Virus record (IMG/VR): IMGVR_UViG_3300032047_002388
Location: 32,001 to 96,000 of that record
DNA length: 64,000 bases
Reading direction: 5' to 3' (one strand)
From: a virus
Shown: positions 8,195-17,692 of the stretch, one piece after another
Layout of the letters: every line of letters begins with the position of its first letter
Position numbering within the stretch: position 1 is the stretch's first letter
Notes under the pieces: generated by a model
Seen by the model: the letters and a program-made list of their open reading frames with translations, nothing else
What the model was told of the DNA's origin: nothing
The model's database searches: none
Translations under genes and position numbers: made by a program

Positions 8195-10549
8195 ATGAAA
8201 GGTACACTATTTTCTAGTGATTTTATCATCGATGAATCTAATAATCTAAGATTACTAGAGTTTAATACAGACTCTGGTTTTATATCAGATACATTAGCTT
8301 CTCGTTTTGATTTTACTGATTTCATATCAGTACTATCTAGTAACAACATCACTAAACTATCGATTTTATATAAGAGTTGGCACAGAGAATTTGTTGACCA
8401 CTTAAACCAAGCAATTGAAAATGATGCAACTTTCATAACAGAATTTTCAAAGATAGAAGAAGCAGAACATACTGTATATCCAACAAACGTAACCGATGAA
8501 TCAGATAGATTTATTCTAAGAATATGTTACGATGAAAATGCAATATTCGATAGTACCTATTGTAAACAAAGAGTTGAAGTTTTAAAATTATTCCACGATA
8601 ATGATGCAACTGGTTCAATACCAGAGTTTAGAGCTAGTGGTAGTAATTGGGAAGGTACTTCAATGTCATCATCATTAAATCTAACAGCAAATTATCCTGA
8701 TTTAGCAGTAAAAGATTTAAGTGAGAATCACAATCCATTGCAGTTTGCTAAGTTCAACTCTACGTTATCATCAGAATCATCTTCGGCTGATTTACTTGAA
8801 GATTATTGGTGGAACTACTTAGATAGAAGTGACCAATACATGGAAAAGTATCACACCAATCCAACTCAAGTATCGAATGGTAAACAACAAACAGTACGAG
8901 AGTATGGTATCTTATATGGTAGTACTATTGAGTATGTAAGAATTGGTAGTTATACAATCGATTCTTTACTGCCAGTTGTTGATATATCTGGTTATGATGA
9001 TGCCAATAAAGCAGCAGATAATATACCAAACAAACATTACTTTGAATATACAACTAACTTTATCAGAACTAAGAATTGGAAAGATTCATTATTAGATTCA
9101 GAGGTTATAGTTAAATCAGATGGTTCATTTGTTTCGGTTGATGAAGCAATCATAGGTGATAATATAAAATCATATATTGTAAGTGGTTCACCTGATACTG
9201 ATGATGTAGATGTATTTGGTTCTTGGTCTTATGATGGTTCAACACTTCCATCGGGTTCTGAAGTAACATCATCTAATATCACATCTTTCAGTTCTGAATC
9301 ATTAGTATATGGAACTGGTATAGAACTTGTATTACCAACTGAAGAAACTATATATTTTGCACCATATAAAAACATATTAACATATAACTCATCATCCGAT
9401 GAATTTAAGTTTAAATCAGCACATACACTTCTACCAGGAGATGGTGGGGATTATCTTATAGATGGAACAGGTGGATTAATACCAATATCACAATCTAATA
9501 CATTTATATTAAACGATTCAAATCAAAATGAATATTATCAAGTTGACGTTGAGACAACCGATACATTCTTTATTTCTGCTTCAACTCCATTTGTAGTACA
9601 CAACGCACCATGTTTTATCGCAGGTACTAAAGTTCATATAGAAGAAAAAGGAATAACAAACATAGAAGATGTAGAAGTTGGTGATAAAGTAATTTCATAT
9701 AATCACGATACTGATACTGTTGAGTATAGAGAAGTTTTAAAAGTTAGAGAACAAGAAGGTAAGAATGTTGTAACTTATATATTTGAAAATGGTACAACAC
9801 TTAGTGCTACACCCGACCACCCATTGTTTGTAAATGGTAAAGGATATTCATCTTACTATCCTAAACAAACAAAAGAAGATAGTGGATTTGATGTAGAACA
9901 AATATTATTAGGAGATGAGGTTTTACACATGGACGGGTATGGTGTTGTTATAGATGATATAATAGAAGAACCAGTTACTCATACTGTATATAACCTAGAA
10001 GAAGTAGATGGTAATAATAATTTCTTTGTAGAAAATCTTCTTGCACATAATAGATATCTAACACCTCAAACTTGTTTTGCAGCAGGTACTCAAATCTCAT
10101 TATCAAATGGTGATGTTAAAGATATAGAAGATATAGTTGTAGGTGATGAAGTATTAGGATGGGATGGAGATACGATAGATTCAGCTGAAGTAATAGCAAT
10201 AGACCACAGACATACAGTTGGTTCTCACGCAGATGCTTGTGAATCAATAGGAGATGTACCTTCACTATATACAATAAATGATACTGAAATAGAATTCACA
10301 CCAGAACATCCATTCTTAACTAAAGAAGGTTGGAAATCACTAGTACCAGACCCTAAACAAGAACCATACCTATCAAGTGGAGAATTAAAAATATTAAAAA
10401 TAGGTGATTATATAAACAAAGATGGTGAATGGATAGAGATAGAAGATATAAGAATCATTCGTTCAGATGCAGAAGAACCAGTTTATAATATTACAGTTGA
10501 TAAGTTACATTCTTATATAGCAAATGGAATAATCGTACACAATAAATAA
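8195..10549 (+). CDS. circularly permuted ATP-grasp-like domain fused to three tandem Hint domains
   Basis: N-term DFIIDESNNLRLLEFNT; Hint1 aa298-470 (SLLDSEV...VVHN), Hint2 aa473-619 (CFIAGT..TPDHP..LAHN), Hint3 aa627-783 (CFAAGT..TPEHP..IVHN). Confidence 0.85.
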   Translation: MKGTLFSSDFIIDESNNLRLLEFNTDSGFISDTLASRFDFTDFISVLSSNNITKLSILYKSWHREFVDHLNQAIENDATFITEFSKIEEAEHTVYPTNVTDESDRFILRICYDENAIFDSTYCKQRVEVLKLFHDNDATGSIPEFRASGSNWEGTSMSSSLNLTANYPDLAVKDLSENHNPLQFAKFNSTLSSESSSADLLEDYWWNYLDRSDQYMEKYHTNPTQVSNGKQQTVREYGILYGSTIEYVRIGSYTIDSLLPVVDISGYDDANKAADNIPNKHYFEYTTNFIRTKNWKDSLLDSEVIVKSDGSFVSVDEAIIGDNIKSYIVSGSPDTDDVDVFGSWSYDGSTLPSGSEVTSSNITSFSSESLVYGTGIELVLPTEETIYFAPYKNILTYNSSSDEFKFKSAHTLLPGDGGDYLIDGTGGLIPISQSNTFILNDSNQNEYYQVDVETTDTFFISASTPFVVHNAPCFIAGTKVHIEEKGITNIEDVEVGDKVISYNHDTDTVEYREVLKVREQEGKNVVTYIFENGTTLSATPDHPLFVNGKGYSSYYPKQTKEDSGFDVEQILLGDEVLHMDGYGVVIDDIIEEPVTHTVYNLEEVDGNNNFFVENLLAHNRYLTPQTCFAAGTQISLSNGDVKDIEDIVVGDEVLGWDGDTIDSAEVIAIDHRHTVGSHADACESIGDVPSLYTINDTEIEFTPEHPFLTKEGWKSLVPDPKQEPYLSSGELKILKIGDYINKDGEWIEIEDIRIIRSDAEEPVYNITVDKLHSYIANGIIVHNK

Positions 10550-10551
10550 TC

Positions 10552-10692
10552 ATGGCAGATAAACCAATCATATATAAAAAAGTAAGTAATCCTTACACAA
10601 GAACTAACAATAGTTTGACAAGTGACCAACAAACAAAGGCCACAAACATCATCGGTCAATTTATAACTTACTTTAAAGCAAAACACTTATAG
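10552..10692 (+). CDS. 46-aa hypothetical protein directly after the Hint gene
   Basis: MADKPIIYKKVSNPYTRTNNSLTSDQQTKATNIIGQFITYFKAKHL, read manually. Confidence 0.6.
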   Translation: MADKPIIYKKVSNPYTRTNNSLTSDQQTKATNIIGQFITYFKAKHL

Positions 10693-10711
10693 TTAAACTT
10701 AAATTTCCATT

Positions 10712-11485
10712 ATGAGTAAATTATGGAATTTTAATTTACCCTTCTTTCATGGGAAATCCACAACAATAGATTGGATTCCAAACGATTCAAAAAAAGAGTT
10801 TGAGAAACACATCAGTATGTATCCTGATTCTGAGCATTTGAATAACTACAAAAACAATCCAATTAAATACAAACTAAATAACTATGGATTCAGAACAGAT
10901 GATGATTTCTTTGATGGGGATATAGGTACAGTTTACTTAGGATGTTCTCATACTTTTGGACTTGGACATTATTTAGAAAATACGTGGTCTTATAAACTCC
11001 ACCAAAAAGTTGGTGAGGGTAAATTTTTTAATCTTTCTTGCGGAGGGATAGGACTCACATCTCAATATTATTTTCTAAAATACTTTTCAGATATGTTAAA
11101 TATAAAAAAAGTATATCACTATTATCCACCAGAAGTTCGTTACAGATATGGGTTTATGAATGGTGATGGAAAGATAGATGTTTTTGCAAAGTATTTTGAT
11201 GAAGAAACATCTTCTGTTGATACAGAACTATGGAAAAAATATTTAGTACATGAAACTCATAATGAATTCCATAACAAGTTACATTTAGATGCAATAACTG
11301 GTCTTTGTTCTTTGATTGAATGTGATTATATACGAGTAGAAAATTCCTATATGAATGATAAATTTTGTGACGCGTATCATAAAGAACTTACACCCTCCAG
11401 AGATTTGTTACATCCATATGTAGAAAGACATGATAAGATAGTTGATAATTTTTTAAAATTAAATCGTAATAACTCTGTAATATGA
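10712..11485 (+). CDS. SGNH-hydrolase-like protein
   Basis: YKLNNYGFR, LGCSHTFG, FNLS..G, RDLLHP. Confidence 0.7.
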   Translation: MSKLWNFNLPFFHGKSTTIDWIPNDSKKEFEKHISMYPDSEHLNNYKNNPIKYKLNNYGFRTDDDFFDGDIGTVYLGCSHTFGLGHYLENTWSYKLHQKVGEGKFFNLSCGGIGLTSQYYFLKYFSDMLNIKKVYHYYPPEVRYRYGFMNGDGKIDVFAKYFDEETSSVDTELWKKYLVHETHNEFHNKLHLDAITGLCSLIECDYIRVENSYMNDKFCDAYHKELTPSRDLLHPYVERHDKIVDNFLKLNRNNSVI

Positions 11486-12156
11486 TTTTTTGTACTTTAT
11501 GTGTTGGTATTGATTGGTGTGAAAAACATTCTCAAGCTATTAATGATATAGGAGAGAATCATACAATATATGTTTATACAGATTGTCCACATTACTTTCC
11601 AAACTGTAATATAATTCAATACACACGAAGTGATTTTAGTTACTTTGAAAAGTTGGTTTTGTTATTTAATGTAATGGATGAGTGTAATGAAAGAGTTACA
11701 TACTTTGATTGTGATTCTACAAAAAGAAACCAAGTTCAACTAATGTTAAATGGATTAAATCAGCCATTCGATAACAAATCAATATACACATATAAAGTAT
11801 TTAAGAATGTAGAATATTCAATGGAACATTTATCAACAGACCCATCTTTATATACTTTAATGAATGTTTACAGAGAACTAGGATTTAAAGATGTTAGATG
11901 TAACTATCCTCACGAAAGAATATTATCATTACCTTTCATACCTAAGAAATATAAAAAACTAAAAGAAAAGGTTTTAAACGTACAACCAATTTGGGAAAAG
12001 AATTGGTCTATGGGAAAATCTTGGATAGGAACTCATCCATGTAATAAATGGTCACAATGTGGTTGTGGATATGCCGAGGGAGGTGCACTATCCATATATG
12101 CTAAAGAACTAAAAATAAATTTAGAACCTATTCTTCCAATAACCACATTATTCTAA
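11482..12156 (+). CDS. putative GT-A-fold glycosyltransferase-like protein (paralog of 13189-13821)
   Basis: FCTLCVG, VYTD, FSYFEKL, YFDCD (DxD), GYAEGGAL. Confidence 0.55.
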   Translation: MIFCTLCVGIDWCEKHSQAINDIGENHTIYVYTDCPHYFPNCNIIQYTRSDFSYFEKLVLLFNVMDECNERVTYFDCDSTKRNQVQLMLNGLNQPFDNKSIYTYKVFKNVEYSMEHLSTDPSLYTLMNVYRELGFKDVRCNYPHERILSLPFIPKKYKKLKEKVLNVQPIWEKNWSMGKSWIGTHPCNKWSQCGCGYAEGGALSIYAKELKINLEPILPITTLF

Positions 12157-12164
12157 TATTTATA
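12156..12164 (+). promoter_or_regulatory. putative late promoter ATATTTATA
   Basis: Intergenic motif upstream of ATG 12186. Confidence 0.5.
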
Positions 12165-12185
12165 CTTAGAACTAATACTGTTACT

Positions 12186-12701
12186 ATGAATAAAGCAGAC
12201 TATGTTCAGATGCGAATATATGCACCTGATTTTAAAATGCCATGTGAACTTGATGATAGATACTCCTATATTGAGATTTCAGAATATTCCCACGAAAAAG
12301 ATTTACTGAAAATAATCGATAGTATTAACGAAACACTATCTGATTGGAAAACCAGACCTGATGTTGATAATCTTAAAAAAAGATTTGAAGCAGGGAGTTC
12401 TTGTTTTATACAATATTTTAAAGGAGAAGTAACTGGTTGGTTTTGGACTTGTAATTTCTTAACACACGATTGGGTTGAAAAGGTAAAAGATTTACCAACA
12501 CCAAACTCAAACTATTCAGGTGGAACATATGTAATTAAAAAAGTTGCACCTAGAAATGCGGGATATCAACTATATGCATACTGTATTGAGAAAGTAATGA
12601 GTAGAACTGATTATGGATATGCGTATGTAGATAAATGGAACAAAGCACCAATCAGATTAAACTTTAATTGTGGAGCTACTTATATAGATAACTTACTATG
12701 A
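12186..12701 (+). CDS. GNAT-fold acetyltransferase-like protein
   Basis: CFIQYFKGEVTGWFW, TYV...RNAG, YVDKWNKAPIRLNFNCG. Confidence 0.6.
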   Translation: MNKADYVQMRIYAPDFKMPCELDDRYSYIEISEYSHEKDLLKIIDSINETLSDWKTRPDVDNLKKRFEAGSSCFIQYFKGEVTGWFWTCNFLTHDWVEKVKDLPTPNSNYSGGTYVIKKVAPRNAGYQLYAYCIEKVMSRTDYGYAYVDKWNKAPIRLNFNCGATYIDNLL

Positions 12702-13189
12702 TTTACAAAATATCAGAAGAAGAAGTTTCTACATTGGAAAATCTAATTAGTACTACGAGTAAAAGTAAGGATAACCAAGAAGAACAATTAACAGAGACAC
12801 AAGATTATATCAACAATCGTAGGTATGTATTGCCAGATATTGATATAGAATATTATTCTACTGATAATAAAGAACTAAACAAAAAACTTTCAGAGATTTT
12901 AAAGGTAGATGATGTAGTACCAATTACAATACATAAGTTCAAATATGAAAATGGTGCACATTCAAAAAGACACAATGATGTTAACTCTAATCAAACATTT
13001 GTAATAATATTAGAAGATGATTATGAGGGAGGTGATTTTTATTTAAATGATGAGTTAACTGATTTTAGAAATAGAGGAGATGTTGCAACTTATGTGGGTA
13101 AAGAAAGTCCTCACTATGTAACTCCAATAACAAAAGGAACCCGAACTGTATTAGTAGTTTGGTATCCTAAAAAAGATACACTAATATAA
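12698..13189 (+). CDS. 2OG-Fe(II) oxygenase, prolyl-hydroxylase-like
   Basis: HND, DDYEGGDF, H.VTPITKGTR..LV.W. Confidence 0.88.
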   Translation: MIYKISEEEVSTLENLISTTSKSKDNQEEQLTETQDYINNRRYVLPDIDIEYYSTDNKELNKKLSEILKVDDVVPITIHKFKYENGAHSKRHNDVNSNQTFVIILEDDYEGGDFYLNDELTDFRNRGDVATYVGKESPHYVTPITKGTRTVLVVWYPKKDTLI

Positions 13190-13821
13190 TGATAGAATTT
13201 GCAACATTATGTGTGGGTAAGGAATGGTGTTATGAATGGAAGGATGATATAAATAATTTTTCTGAATCACATAAACTACATTTACTTACAGATTGTAGAA
13301 GTTGGTTTGATTTCCAAACATACAGCTACAAGAGTAAACAATTTAGTTATTATGATAAACTTATATTTTTATTGGATTTAATGCAATTAAAAAAACAAAG
13401 AATTACTTATCTTGATGTAGATAAGTTACAACTTTATAATAACATTGATTACGATAATAAATCTTGTTATGTTTATAATACAATACAAACACCAATAATA
13501 TCAGAAGTGTTTGAATCAACAAGAAAAGAAATACATGATTACTTAGATATAGAAAATGAATCTGATGTATATACTCAAGAGGCATTAATATCTTTACCAT
13601 ATACATCTCAATTTAAAAATATAAAAAAAGATATATTAGAATTAAGAGGTATAGTAGAGAGAAATTTTGGTAATAGAGAATGGGATAATCCAAAATTAAA
13701 CAGATACAGTAAACATGGAATAGGTTATGGTGAAGGAAGTGCATTAACAGCAGTGTTATTAAAATACAACATAGATATAGTTAATGTGTATTCTAGTTTT
13801 AGGAGAGAAGTAATAATTTAA
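13189..13821 (+). CDS. putative GT-A-fold glycosyltransferase-like protein (paralog of 11482-12156)
   Basis: FATLCVG, LLTD, FSYYDKL, YLDVD, GYGEGSAL. Confidence 0.55.
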   Translation: MIEFATLCVGKEWCYEWKDDINNFSESHKLHLLTDCRSWFDFQTYSYKSKQFSYYDKLIFLLDLMQLKKQRITYLDVDKLQLYNNIDYDNKSCYVYNTIQTPIISEVFESTRKEIHDYLDIENESDVYTQEALISLPYTSQFKNIKKDILELRGIVERNFGNREWDNPKLNRYSKHGIGYGEGSALTAVLLKYNIDIVNVYSSFRREVII

Positions 13822-13833
13822 AGAAAGGCTATA

Positions 13834-14499
13834 ATGGCAACACAAAATGTTAACAAACAACCCCCAAAGGGTAAAGTACGATTTTCAATATCATTATCAG
13901 AAGAACAAAAGATGGCTAAGACAAATATCTTATATCATCCTTATAACTTTGTTCTCGGAAAAGCTGGTAGTGGTAAAACGTTACTTGCAGTACAAATTGG
14001 ATTAGATATGTACTTTCAACGAAAGATAAACCAAATCATTATAACAAGACCAACAGTATCAAATGAAGATAATGGATACCTACCAGGTTCACTTGATGAA
14101 AAGATGGAGCCTTGGTTAGTTCCAATTCGTTCTAATATGAGAAAGGTGTATAACAAACCAACTATATTACAGAAGATGGAATCTGATGAGAAGATTGAGT
14201 TAGTATCCCTATCTCACTTTAGAGGAAGAACATTTGATAATGCTTGTGTAATAGTAGATGAGTTTCAAAACTTAACTAAACAACAACTTAGTATGGTGTT
14301 GGGTAGATTAGGTAAAGGTTCTACTATGATACTTTGTGGAGACCCTCAACAAATTGATTTAAAGTTTGCTAATGATTCAGCAATACACGAAGTACCAAAG
14401 GTTAAAGAATCTAAATATGTTTATTCAGTTAACTTATTAGATAATCATAGACATGAATCATTAGATGAGATATTAAGATTACTACAAGAATACGCATAA
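13834..14499 (+). CDS. phoH: PhoH-family ATPase
   Basis: GKAGSGKT, GYLPG, RGRTF, VDEFQN, GD..QID. Confidence 0.95.
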   Translation: MATQNVNKQPPKGKVRFSISLSEEQKMAKTNILYHPYNFVLGKAGSGKTLLAVQIGLDMYFQRKINQIIITRPTVSNEDNGYLPGSLDEKMEPWLVPIRSNMRKVYNKPTILQKMESDEKIELVSLSHFRGRTFDNACVIVDEFQNLTKQQLSMVLGRLGKGSTMILCGDPQQIDLKFANDSAIHEVPKVKESKYVYSVNLLDNHRHESLDEILRLLQEYA

Positions 14500-15285
14500 A
14501 TGTATAGTTACACTTTGTACAATAACGATTGTGTTTTAGATAAAACAACTAACACTATAATTTATAAAGAAGATAGTGAGTGGAAGTTATATGAAAAATG
14601 GAAGAAGGATAATGCTGAAGCTGCTGAGCATGCATGGGCAAGTAAACACAATTTACTATTATGGAACAAAGGTGAACCTATATTAAAAGATGGTGTAAAA
14701 TCATATTATGATAAAGATGGGTTTCTAATAAAAAAAGAAACTACAAATAAAATAGATTATTACAATGCAGATGTTATTTACAAAACTGAACACATTGAAA
14801 ATGACAGAATTGTTTTAATAAAAAAATATTCAGAAAACAAAATATTGTATGAAGAAAAAAACTTTAAATTAAAAACACATAAGGAGTTTGATATAGGAAC
14901 AGGTTCAATTGTTTATTACAAAAAAACCAAAGGAGATTTAGAATATGAAGTTTGGTATGATAATAAAATTGTAATCAAATCTTTCTTGAGAAAATTAGAT
15001 AAAATATTAAAGTTTACAGAATACTTTACTGGTATGAATTCTGTTAGTAAAAAATTACATTATTCAAATAACAATATGTATAAGTGTACCACATACTATA
15101 CATCTGGTCAAGTTAGGGGATGTGGTTTAATATCCAACGATGATAAGATGCAAGGTGAGTGGATATTCTATCATCACAACAATGAGGTTGAATCTAAACA
15201 CAACTTTAGTGATGGTAAGTTAATTGGTAAATCATTTTTGTTTTACGAAAATGGAAAGTTATATAAAGAAGTAAATCATGATTAG
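14500..15285 (+). CDS. MORN-variant repeat (YwqK-like) protein
   Basis: YYTSGQV, QGEWIFYH.N, DGKLIG...FYENGKL repeats. Confidence 0.65.
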   Translation: MYSYTLYNNDCVLDKTTNTIIYKEDSEWKLYEKWKKDNAEAAEHAWASKHNLLLWNKGEPILKDGVKSYYDKDGFLIKKETTNKIDYYNADVIYKTEHIENDRIVLIKKYSENKILYEEKNFKLKTHKEFDIGTGSIVYYKKTKGDLEYEVWYDNKIVIKSFLRKLDKILKFTEYFTGMNSVSKKLHYSNNNMYKCTTYYTSGQVRGCGLISNDDKMQGEWIFYHHNNEVESKHNFSDGKLIGKSFLFYENGKLYKEVNHD

Positions 15286-16141
15286 TTTTATTATAGCATT
15301 TGCTAGTAAAGGTGATAATTTATATCGATGGAAAGATACTGATGAGGGGATGATAATATTATCCACAATACTCTGTATTAAAAACATAAATAAGATATTT
15401 GATGTACCTAAAGAAATTATATTAGTTGACAACACTAATAGCTTTCCCAATATAGAAATCCCAAATCTTAAGATAGTAAAAGGATTACAATACAAAAAAG
15501 AATTTACAGAAGAAGAAATTTCAAAGTACAAGATAGATGATGTAACTAATCATAGTATGTGGGCATCAATTGCTTACAATATAGGTATCGAACATTCTAT
15601 CGGAGATTACATTGTACTACAACATAACGATATATTTTATCACGAGAATCTTTTACCAACTCTACGCGATATATTGGAGTATAATGAGTATGTTTCGGTA
15701 GATTCTAAACACCTTAGTTTGACAGGATATTTAGGGAATAAAGATATTATTGATTCACTAGATATTGATTTTGAAATTGGATATGAAAATGGGGGATATG
15801 TAAAACAAAAGCTATTTGGATTAGCAGATGCATATTTCTTTATGTGTAAAAAAGAATTCTTTGATGATTATTCTGTTGATTGGGGATATGGGGATACAAA
15901 TCATGGAGCAACAATAAAATGTTTAACTAATGGAGATTCTTTCTTACATATAGAACCATTCTTTGGAAACAGTAATTATATTACTGATGATTCAAACTCA
16001 TATATTCTTTTTGGTAAAAAATTTATCACACATCTAAAAGGCGGGTTTTCAGAAAATAAACTATCGTTTAAAAAAGAAAACAACGAATATAATATGGATG
16101 AAACAAACAACTATATAGAACAACTTAAACAACTATCATGA
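15278..16141 (+). CDS. GT2-like glycosyltransferase
   Basis: EIILVDN, AYNIGIEHSIGDYIVLQHNDI. Confidence 0.8.
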   Translation: MISFIIAFASKGDNLYRWKDTDEGMIILSTILCIKNINKIFDVPKEIILVDNTNSFPNIEIPNLKIVKGLQYKKEFTEEEISKYKIDDVTNHSMWASIAYNIGIEHSIGDYIVLQHNDIFYHENLLPTLRDILEYNEYVSVDSKHLSLTGYLGNKDIIDSLDIDFEIGYENGGYVKQKLFGLADAYFFMCKKEFFDDYSVDWGYGDTNHGATIKCLTNGDSFLHIEPFFGNSNYITDDSNSYILFGKKFITHLKGGFSENKLSFKKENNEYNMDETNNYIEQLKQLS

Positions 16142-16863
16142 AAACATTTATAATTAGAATAAGTAGTAATAAAGATTCAGTTAGGTCTGCACAACAAACA
16201 ATAGATTCAGCAAGAAGTGTAGGGTATAATGAACCAATTGAAATATTCGAAGCAATAAAACCAACTGAGTGGAAATCCATTTTACCATATCCAAACACCT
16301 TTAATGACTATGCAAGACCAGATAATGTTGCTGCATGTTTTGCCTCTCATTATTTATTATGGGAAAAGTGTGTAGAACTAAATGAACCTATATTAATTTT
16401 AGAACATGATGCAATATTCAAAACTAATATACCTGATATAGATTTCGATATGTGTGTTAACTTTGGTAGACCAAGTTATATCAGACCTAATAAAATTGTT
16501 TACGATGAACCAAAAGAGGGATTAGATATTGTTAACCAAGTTAACTTTTTAGGTCATCATGCATATGCTATGAAACCAAAAGCAGCTAAAATATTTTGTG
16601 ATGATGTAAAGAAAAAAGTATTAACACCAAACGATGTGTGGATTGAAAGAAACTCATATCCATGGCTAGAAGAATACAGACCATTTCCAATTCATGCAGA
16701 TACTGATTTCTCTACTATACAAACTATACTACCAGATGACCATCCAATTATGGAATCATATTATAAAGTTACAAGTAAGGAGAATCCTAATTACGAATAC
16801 TTAGAAAAATATTTTCCTCATGTTCTAACAGGTCCACAATCAGAAAGACATATAAATGTATAA
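16138..16863 (+). CDS. GT25-family glycosyltransferase
   Basis: CFASHYLLWEKCVELNEPILILEHDA, GHHAY..P..A. Confidence 0.85.
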   Translation: MKTFIIRISSNKDSVRSAQQTIDSARSVGYNEPIEIFEAIKPTEWKSILPYPNTFNDYARPDNVAACFASHYLLWEKCVELNEPILILEHDAIFKTNIPDIDFDMCVNFGRPSYIRPNKIVYDEPKEGLDIVNQVNFLGHHAYAMKPKAAKIFCDDVKKKVLTPNDVWIERNSYPWLEEYRPFPIHADTDFSTIQTILPDDHPIMESYYKVTSKENPNYEYLEKYFPHVLTGPQSERHINV

Positions 16864-17692
16864 TAAAGTAAATTTACCAATTGGATGGACTGAAGAAATT
16901 CCAAAATATTGGACAGACCCAAGTAAGATAAACGCATGGGTTGGTGAACCTATTGAATCTAATAAGTTTCTTTTAGTTAGTTGGAGAATGGCAGGTTCAG
17001 AATTTTGTAAAGAGTTAATACGAGAGAATTATCCAGAAACAGTAAATATAAACCATTGGTCAAAGAGTCATATTATCATAGGAAAGAAACTTACTCAACA
17101 GTTAATTGATAATGCAAACACCAAAGTGTTCATGATAATATCAGACCCGAGAGATGTTGCAAGTAACTTAGTTAGTTTTGAGAATGGATTTGGGTTACAC
17201 TACCATGGTCATCATGATTATACACATGGTACGTCTGATTCAAATAGTGTAACATTTTTAAATGAAGTTGCCGATAAACAAATTGAGTTAGTAAATCATT
17301 ATACAAAAAGATTTGGTGATAACTGTATTGTACTGCGATATGAAGATGCATTTCAAAACCAAGATAAATTTCACAATCAAGTATCTAAGTTTATCGGATA
17401 CGAACCATTAGGTATTGATGATGTTAGAAAATATAAATGGTCAATCTATAAAAATGTAGGGTTGTTTAGAAACCACTTTGACTCAGATGTTTTAACCAAA
17501 CACTACAATGAGTACAAATGGTTTTATGATAAATGGGAATATCCAATTGAAGGAATGAATGATTTAAGATATGGATGGCATAGATTTAATGATAAGGTAA
17601 ATGGGAGACAACTTACCGAAGATTATAAACAGATGTTAAAAAGAAATGGAGTTTCCGAATCCGATAGAACAAACAATATAGATGAATTCTAA
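16856..17692 (+). CDS. sulfotransferase-like protein
   Basis: WRMAGSE (degenerate PAPS loop), KSH, DPRDVASN, LRYED. Confidence 0.65.
   Translation: MYNKVNLPIGWTEEIPKYWTDPSKINAWVGEPIESNKFLLVSWRMAGSEFCKELIRENYPETVNINHWSKSHIIIGKKLTQQLIDNANTKVFMIISDPRDVASNLVSFENGFGLHYHGHHDYTHGTSDSNSVTFLNEVADKQIELVNHYTKRFGDNCIVLRYEDAFQNQDKFHNQVSKFIGYEPLGIDDVRKYKWSIYKNVGLFRNHFDSDVLTKHYNEYKWFYDKWEYPIEGMNDLRYGWHRFNDKVNGRQLTEDYKQMLKRNGVSESDRTNNIDEF

Noticed and set aside
9086-10543. Three canonical mobile inteins in a host protein
   Set aside because: No Cys/Ser/Thr at +1 positions (Ala, Arg, Lys), no homing endonuclease, and the C-terminal extein is a single residue; better described as BIL/Hint autoprocessing domains
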